A DNA stretch of 33,531 bases. Source: a virus. Taxonomy: Duplodnaviria; Caudoviricetes. Positions within the stretch are counted from its first letter, which is position 1, and each line of letters begins with the position of its first letter. Positions 28,574 through 33,531 of this stretch are shown here, one piece after another. The translations under genes were made by a program, and so were the position numbers. The stretch spans positions 1-33,531 of IMG/VR virus record IMGVR_UViG_3300025426_000076, one strand, 5' to 3'. Below the pieces are notes generated by a model. The model ran no database searches. It worked only from the letters and a program-made list of their open reading frames with translations, and was not told where the DNA came from.

Positions 28574-29851
28574 TCAAATCATCATCGAATAATCAGTCAG
28601 GCCAACCGCCACACCATAAGTAAAGCAGTCCAACAGGTCATCTGCCCTCTTTGCAGCCTCTTTATCCCCAATTCTAAAGGTAGTTACTTGATGCAGGAAG
28701 TGATTCATACTCCTGCCCTTCCAATTCACTACCTTCTCATAAGCATACCTGCTGATCTTACACAGCCCAGACGCCACTGGCCCCCCGACAATAAATGCAC
28801 GGTCATCCTTGCCCTTACTCATCAAGCGACTAGACAAAGCCTTCACCGGCCAGCCCCTGCTACGAGCCTGTTGAATCAAAACACTCCCACCCGCAGCATC
28901 CTCAACAAACAACCCCAACGAGCCACTCCGAGCCTGATAAGTACTCGCCAGCATCTCGCATTTCTCAATCACTTTGGGAGCCAAATGCTCAAGTGACGCC
29001 GCATCAATCGAGTACATCTCCCAATCCAACACCACCAGCTTATGGCCGTAATACTTGGAAAACGCATAGTACACAACCGCAGTCGCATCATGCTCACTGC
29101 CGCTCTTCACCGAGCAATCCATCACCGCATAAACCCCATCACATTTCAGTGTGGGTTCCACGGGTTGCTCATTCTCTAAAAGATACTCCAGCCGAAAGAA
29201 CGTCGAATTAGCCCAAGAAATGAACTTTGCCTCATACTCCTGCTGAAACACCAAAGGATGCTCAGTCTTCTTCAGACTCTCCAGCTCCTCTAATGGCACA
29301 TACGGATTCGTACTTGTCGGCGCATAGAACTGCTTAAACCCCAACTCCTCATCATGCCAAGCACGGTAAAAGAAGTTGTCTGGGTCCACGCCATTGGGTG
29401 TCGAAAACAACCAAAACGACCCCCTTGTCGTCAGCAATGTCGGCTTAATCGATTTCGACCAAATATCAATCATGTCCGGCTTCGTAAAAGCAGCTTCATC
29501 CAAGAAACCCACCTTATACGTCCGACCCCGACCAGCCAAAGGGTTGTCATTCACAACCCAAAAGTCATTCACACCACCTGTCGTGCAGCGAATAACCCCT
29601 TCAGTCTTACTCGCCGATTTCGTCACCGGCTTCAATATATCCAGCAACTCAGTCTGCGGCTCTGCCAACTGACGCCACTCCGGCGTAAATAACCCCGCCT
29701 GAAACCCCTTCAACGCCGTATCCGCTGCAATCGTCACCATCATCTTGGTCTTACCCCAGCGACGACCACAGCAAACCACATTAAAGCGGCTCTTGTTATT
29801 CCAAATATCAACCTGCCCAGAATGCAGTGTCGGCAGAATAACCTTAGGCAT
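28574..29851 (-). CDS. terL: Terminase large subunit
   Basis: Walker A CGRRWGKT, Walker B GFLDEAAF, coupling STP, nuclease AVMDCS...DDLLDC. Start set at MPKVILPTLH, overlapping the terS stop. Confidence 0.95.
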   Translation of the reverse strand: MPKVILPTLHSGQVDIWNNKSRFNVVCCGRRWGKTKMMVTIAADTALKGFQAGLFTPEWRQLAEPQTELLDILKPVTKSASKTEGVIRCTTGGVNDFWVVNDNPLAGRGRTYKVGFLDEAAFTKPDMIDIWSKSIKPTLLTTRGSFWLFSTPNGVDPDNFFYRAWHDEELGFKQFYAPTSTNPYVPLEELESLKKTEHPLVFQQEYEAKFISWANSTFFRLEYLLENEQPVEPTLKCDGVYAVMDCSVKSGSEHDATAVVYYAFSKYYGHKLVVLDWEMYSIDAASLEHLAPKVIEKCEMLASTYQARSGSLGLFVEDAAGGSVLIQQARSRGWPVKALSSRLMSKGKDDRAFIVGGPVASGLCKISRYAYEKVVNWKGRSMNHFLHQVTTFRIGDKEAAKRADDLLDCFTYGVAVGLTDYSMMI

Positions 29852-30281
29852 CAGGCAAACCGCCCTCAACAGTCACCACCGTATCTGTCTCGGCGGTTCC
29901 ATTGGCAGGACTGTTATAAATCTTCGGCAACACCTTGCACAAAATCCACTTGCGTGTGTCAACCCTCAGACGCGAACGCTGCACAAACTCATTGTCCAAC
30001 TTCCGCTTGCCATCTTGGTCAATAAAAGCATCCCCGCTACTGTCATCCGCAATCTCAAGAATCTCTTCCAAAAGACCATCATAAATAGCCCTGCGAATGT
30101 CCCAGTACCGATCCCCAAACCCATTGTGGTTATCCATCGCCCACTTGCGAATCACAAAATCAGACGGCATACCAGGCATTTTGCCGATTTCGTGAACAGA
30201 ATGGCCTTGCATCATCAAATCCAAGATTTGATTTGCAACGGCCTCACTATAACGAACTGCTGGTCGGGGTGGCTTTCTCAT
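29844..30281 (-). CDS. terS: Terminase small subunit (Sf6-like)
   Basis: N-terminal HTH (GHSVHEIGKMPGMPS), EILEIADD...VQRSRLRVDTRKWILCKVLPKIY. Confidence 0.9.
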   Translation of the reverse strand: MRKPPRPAVRYSEAVANQILDLMMQGHSVHEIGKMPGMPSDFVIRKWAMDNHNGFGDRYWDIRRAIYDGLLEEILEIADDSSGDAFIDQDGKRKLDNEFVQRSRLRVDTRKWILCKVLPKIYNSPANGTAETDTVVTVEGGLPDA

Positions 30282-30723
30282 GCGCCGTTTATATCACGGG
30301 CACCAGTTGCAGGGCAAGCCCTTACCATCAAATCCTTGGGTGCAAAATATTTTCGCACTCCAATTGATTTTAAATTTAAAAAAATTTTTGGCGATTGCGG
30401 AAGTCATTTTTCGGTGTGTGCGTCGAAAAATGCGGTAGGGTGGCGGGTCTTTTTTGGGGTGGGGGGGGAGCCTAGAGTCCCTTTTTACCCTAAACCGGCA
30501 CAAAAAGCGCATGGATTCTAAGGGCAAATCGGCTTTATATAACGTTCATTATGTTAAATCGGGATTTTAGCGCGTAACCCATGCGCTAAATTTTGAATTC
30601 TAGAATCGGTGCATTCTATAGCGTTTTTTTTCTTTTTTTTGTTTTTATTTTCTCTTAATTTTGGCCAATTCGCGCGTATCTAGATGCGCATTCATTGTTG
30701 ACGTTTCTTGATTCTCTACATAC

Positions 30724-30835
30724 CCGCATTGTGCTAAGTGCTGGGCCGCATTGTGCTAAGTGCTGGGCCGCTAAGTGCTGGGCCGCTAAGTGCTGGGCCG
30801 CTAAGTGCATGGGCCGCATTGTGCTGGGCCGCTAA
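30724..30835 (+). repeat. Modular repeat array 1 (GCATTGT / GCTAAGT / GCTGGGCC)
   Basis: Parses as A B C A B C B C B C B C' A C b, with A=GCATTGT, B=GCTAAGT, C=GCTGGGCC, C'=GCATGGGCC. Confidence 0.95.
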
Positions 30836-30848
30836 ATTAATTTTGCAC

Positions 30849-30877
30849 TTTACATAATTTTACAAAAAATCTATTGT
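30849..30877 (+). promoter_or_regulatory. Candidate sigma70 promoter of the plus-strand cassette
   Basis: TTTACA-17 bp-TATTGT; a second -10-like TAGAAT at 30918-30923. Confidence 0.45.
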
Positions 30878-30952
30878 TTTTTTTGTCAACTATCCGTTAA
30901 TGTTATCCGTTATAGGATAGAATTACACCATGCGACGCGATAGCGCGAAGCA

Positions 30953-30977
30953 TAAACCCTAAACCCTAAACCCTAAA
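30953..30977 (+). repeat. (TAAACCC)3 TAAA tract
   Basis: Three perfect heptamers running into AGGATAGAGA-ATG. Confidence 0.95.
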
Positions 30978-30986
30978 GGATAGAGA

Positions 30987-31085
30987 ATGATTAAGGATAA
31001 ATTTTTAGATATTGCAGCGGCACTGATTATATCGGCCGTTCTATGCTTTTTTGCTTTGAAATATTTTGACGTTTTGGTCAAATAA
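30987..31085 (+). CDS. 32-aa single-pass membrane peptide
   Basis: Below ORF-track cutoff: MIKDKFLDIAAALIISAVLCFFALKYFDVLVK; SD AAGGA; stop codon is the first TAA of the heptamer array. Confidence 0.7.
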   Translation: MIKDKFLDIAAALIISAVLCFFALKYFDVLVK

Positions 31086-31184
31086 ACCCTAAACCCTAAA
31101 CCCTAAACCCTAAACCCTAAACCCTAAACCCTAAACCCTAAACCCTAAACCCTAAACCCTAAACCCTAAACCCTAAACCCTAAA
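31083..31184 (+). repeat. (TAAACCC)14 TAAA perfect tandem repeat
   Basis: 31083-31180 is 98 bp = 14 perfect units, then TAAAGGATAGAAA-ATG. Confidence 0.98.
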
Positions 31185-31193
31185 GGATAGAAA

Positions 31194-31499
31194 ATGCAAA
31201 TTATCACTAAATTAAACTTGTCAAATGTCGTCGACGAATTGGCCGCTATCAAATCGGAAATATCCGATTTAATGCAACAAGAAAAACAACTAAAAGATTT
31301 ATTGATTGAAACCGGCGCCGGCACAATCGACGGGACGTTACACCGGTGCGCTATTAGTTATCAAGATGGAAAAAAGACAATTGATTGGGCCAGCATAGCC
31401 GCAAAATTTAACCCGTCCCGACAATTGATAACGGCAAATACGTCGACGGGTTTGCCGTTTTATAGCGTGCGAATCAGTGCACGCAAAACAAGCAAATGA
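31194..31499 (+). CDS. Hypothetical early protein (N-terminal coiled coil)
   Basis: 101 aa; VVDELAAIKSEISDLMQQEKQLKDLL; SD AAGGA. Confidence 0.8.
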   Translation: MQIITKLNLSNVVDELAAIKSEISDLMQQEKQLKDLLIETGAGTIDGTLHRCAISYQDGKKTIDWASIAAKFNPSRQLITANTSTGLPFYSVRISARKTSK

Positions 31500-31509
31500 G
31501 GGGCAAATA

Positions 31510-31788
31510 ATGAAAAAACAATTTAACCCCTTTTTTGACGTTTTAAGCCGATACGGTGCACCAATGGGCCGGCATGGCGATAACCCCGCAAATTTAGTTG
31601 GTGCAAAACGTTTGCACGCACGCTATCAAGGCGGGGGCGACGGATACGACAAGGGCGGGGCTTACTGGGGCACGCCTTCCAATGTTTGGGGCGTTTGGGC
31701 ATGGGTCGACGGCCGGCCGTGCGTAGTTTATTTGCGTGCCAATTCTCGCACTGAAGCGATTAACAAAGTTAAAACGGGGGATTTATGA
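31510..31788 (+). CDS. Hypothetical early protein (YGAPMGR...GYDKGGAYWG)
   Basis: Start re-assigned to ATG 31510 behind GAGGGG; 92 aa. Confidence 0.8.
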   Translation: MKKQFNPFFDVLSRYGAPMGRHGDNPANLVGAKRLHARYQGGGDGYDKGGAYWGTPSNVWGVWAWVDGRPCVVYLRANSRTEAINKVKTGDL

Positions 31789-32135
31789 TTAAACCAATAG
31801 ATTCAAAAAAACAATCGTTAATAGTGAAAAATATTTTGGCCGCGTGCAAAGATATTAATAAACTAAATAAAACCGGATACGATTATTTATATAATTGTTC
31901 TGGGTTTATCGCGCATTATGATATTAACGGATTCAAAGCATATTATTCCGATAATAATTTGCAAAATGATATAGAACGATTCGCAAAACAAAATCAGTGG
32001 TCAAATTTTCGCGCCGGTGAAAATAACGCGGATTATTATCATTCTAAACGTGACGTTTACAATAAAATTTTAGGGGCTTTTTGTGCCCATGAATTTATTA
32101 AAAATCATTTTACAATTATTCATGTTGGGGGGTGA
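31785..32135 (+). CDS. Hypothetical early protein (SGFIAHYDINGF)
   Basis: 116 aa; ATGA overlap with previous gene; GGGGG SD. Confidence 0.8.
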   Translation: MIKPIDSKKQSLIVKNILAACKDINKLNKTGYDYLYNCSGFIAHYDINGFKAYYSDNNLQNDIERFAKQNQWSNFRAGENNADYYHSKRDVYNKILGAFCAHEFIKNHFTIIHVGG

Positions 32136-32138
32136 AAA

Positions 32139-32354
32139 ATGAAAACATTATTTACCGTTGACGATAAATTTTTACCCGCTATTTTTAATAATGATTTAAA
32201 ACAATTAGATGATTTTGAAATAAAACAATTTAATGATTTTATTTTAAATTTATATGGGGGAAAATTTGACGATTTTAAAACCCCGATTCACATTGGAAAA
32301 TGTGATATATCCGATTCTATATCTTACGTTTCAACTATTATTTATCGGGGTTAA
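32139..32354 (+). CDS. Hypothetical early protein
   Basis: 71 aa, tightly packed in the operon; GGGGGGTG SD. Confidence 0.7.
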   Translation: MKTLFTVDDKFLPAIFNNDLKQLDDFEIKQFNDFILNLYGGKFDDFKTPIHIGKCDISDSISYVSTIIYRG

Positions 32355-32356
32355 AA

Positions 32357-33037
32357 ATGACGTTTTACCATATCACATTAAAATCAGCCAATGCCAAAAC
32401 CGGCCCGATACCCGTAAGCACTATTTCCGCGAATACTTGCCCCGATATTTGTCCATTTAAAAAAGGGGGATGTTATGCGAAATCGGGGCCGCTGGCCTTG
32501 CATTGGGGAAAAGTAAATGACGGCACGCGGGGCACTGATTTAACCGGTTATGTTGAGACAATTGCAAATTTTCCGGCCGGTCAATTATGGCGTCACGCGC
32601 AAGCTGGGGATTTGCCGGGAAACGGTGAAACAATCGACGGGGCCGCATTAGGTGAAATAGTGCGTGCGAATATCGGTTTACGGGGTTTTACATACACTCA
32701 TTATTCACCCGCTATTGGTGACAATGCAAAATTTATACGGGGCGCTAATGACTGGGGCTTCACTGTTAATTTAAGTGCAAATAATTTAGACCATGCTGAT
32801 AAATTGGCTAATTTGAAAATAGGCCCAGTGGTGACGGTTTTACCCGCCGATTCTACGGAAAACACATTCACCCCAATGGGCCGTCGCGTCGTTATTTGCC
32901 CCGCCACTATTCGCGATAACGTATCGTGCGCGACGTGCCAATTATGTGCCCGTCAACGTGACATTATTGTTGGTTTTCCGGCCCATGGTACGGGAAAAAA
33001 ATTAGTGGAAAAAACGATTCAAATTTTTAGGGGTTAA
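32357..33037 (+). CDS. Cys-rich putative Fe-S / radical-SAM-like phage protein (gp88-like)
   Basis: NAKTG...TCPDICPFKKGGCYA, WRHAQAGDL, FTYTH, NLSAN, CPA...SCATCQLC...VGFPAHG. Confidence 0.6.
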   Translation: MTFYHITLKSANAKTGPIPVSTISANTCPDICPFKKGGCYAKSGPLALHWGKVNDGTRGTDLTGYVETIANFPAGQLWRHAQAGDLPGNGETIDGAALGEIVRANIGLRGFTYTHYSPAIGDNAKFIRGANDWGFTVNLSANNLDHADKLANLKIGPVVTVLPADSTENTFTPMGRRVVICPATIRDNVSCATCQLCARQRDIIVGFPAHGTGKKLVEKTIQIFRG

Positions 33038-33040
33038 GAA

Positions 33041-33304
33041 ATGACAATTGAAAATTTAACGAAAAATGAATTATTTGCCTTGAAACATTCTATAAACGAA
33101 AAACTAGGGGTTTACGATTTATTATCGGTTTCCGTTAATATGTTTAGGCAATATCTTGAAAATGATTTAATTGAGAATGAATTAACGGATTATGACATTA
33201 ACCAAGCCTTGCAGCACGTTGCAGACAATTACGATTCTGGGGGTTTTGACTATTCTAGGGCCATGGCATGGGCCGCTACATTTCTGGGGGTCGATTGTGA
33301 CTAA
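33041..33304 (+). CDS. Small acidic hypothetical protein
   Basis: 87 aa, about 15 D/E versus 5 K/R; last gene before a terminator. Confidence 0.75.
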   Translation: MTIENLTKNELFALKHSINEKLGVYDLLSVSVNMFRQYLENDLIENELTDYDINQALQHVADNYDSGGFDYSRAMAWAATFLGVDCD

Positions 33305-33358
33305 TTAAAAAAATAACCCTTAATTTTCGCGCTATATCGCGCCGGTCAATTCCGGCCC

Positions 33359-33411
33359 AAAAAGCCCGATTCAAAGCCCATAAACCGGCGCGAATCGGGC
33401 TTTTTTATTTT
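33359..33411 (+). terminator. Terminator-like inverted repeat closing the cassette
   Basis: AAAAAGCCCGATTC ... GAATCGGGCTTTTTTATTTT. Confidence 0.7.
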
Positions 33412-33531
33412 CTGGGCCGCATTGTGCTGGGCCGCTAAGTGCATGGGCCGCTAAGTGCTGGGCCGCTGAGTGCTGGGCCGCTAAGTGCTGGGCCGCATTG
33501 TGCTAAGTGCTGGGCCGCATTGTGCTGAGTG
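33412..33531 (+). repeat. Modular repeat array 2 (same modules and orientation as array 1; truncated by window end)
   Basis: Parses as c A C B C' B C B' C B C A B C A B', with B'=GCTGAGT. Confidence 0.95.

Noticed and set aside
30294-30527. 77-aa ORF upstream of terS and 258-aa ORF 29745-30521
   Set aside because: They translate homopolymer and palindromic DNA or lie antisense to terS/terL; terS appears to have its own -10 box.
30724-30835. CRISPR array
   Set aside because: Units are 7-9 bp with no unique spacers, and no cas genes are present.
31083-31184. Eukaryotic telomere or plant/algal contamination
   Set aside because: The tract is internal, occurs twice in the same SD-ATG context and supplies a stop codon; the flanks are phage-like genes. 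Read support is still needed.
32254-32460. 68-aa alternate-frame ORF in the early cassette
   Set aside because: It overlaps two well-packed genes that have SDs; likely incidental.
30836-33411. DarT (TCTC/TNTC) target avoidance as the cause of GAG/CTC depletion
   Set aside because: TNTC words are common here, and four of the six surviving GAG/CTC sites are themselves in GAGA/TCTC.

Overview
Part of a tailed dsDNA phage genome with a contractile tail (myovirus-type). From ~30.3 kb leftward, one minus-strand late region runs terS, terL, portal, head morphogenesis protein, a Nudix-containing head protease/scaffold polyprotein, decoration protein, major capsid, neck, sheath, tube, tail chaperone, tape measure with lysozyme domain, baseplate, four paralogous tail-fibre genes plus a Gly-rich adhesin, and probable lysis genes. 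The last ~3 kb is very different. It is a divergent, AT-rich, plus-strand cassette of small genes with no GATC and almost no GAG/CTC. It is bracketed by two co-oriented modular repeat arrays (GCATTGT/GCTAAGT/GCTGGGCC), and it carries perfect (TAAACCC)n tracts (the plant telomere repeat) fused to ribosome-binding sites. I read it as a candidate first-injected 'stealth' leader region. Other notable items: a pseudoknotted RNA between the capsid terminator and the next gene, a -1 frameshift candidate in the tail chaperone, and several apparently leaderless late genes. Family names come from motif recognition and gene order only; no searches were run, and counts are manual.
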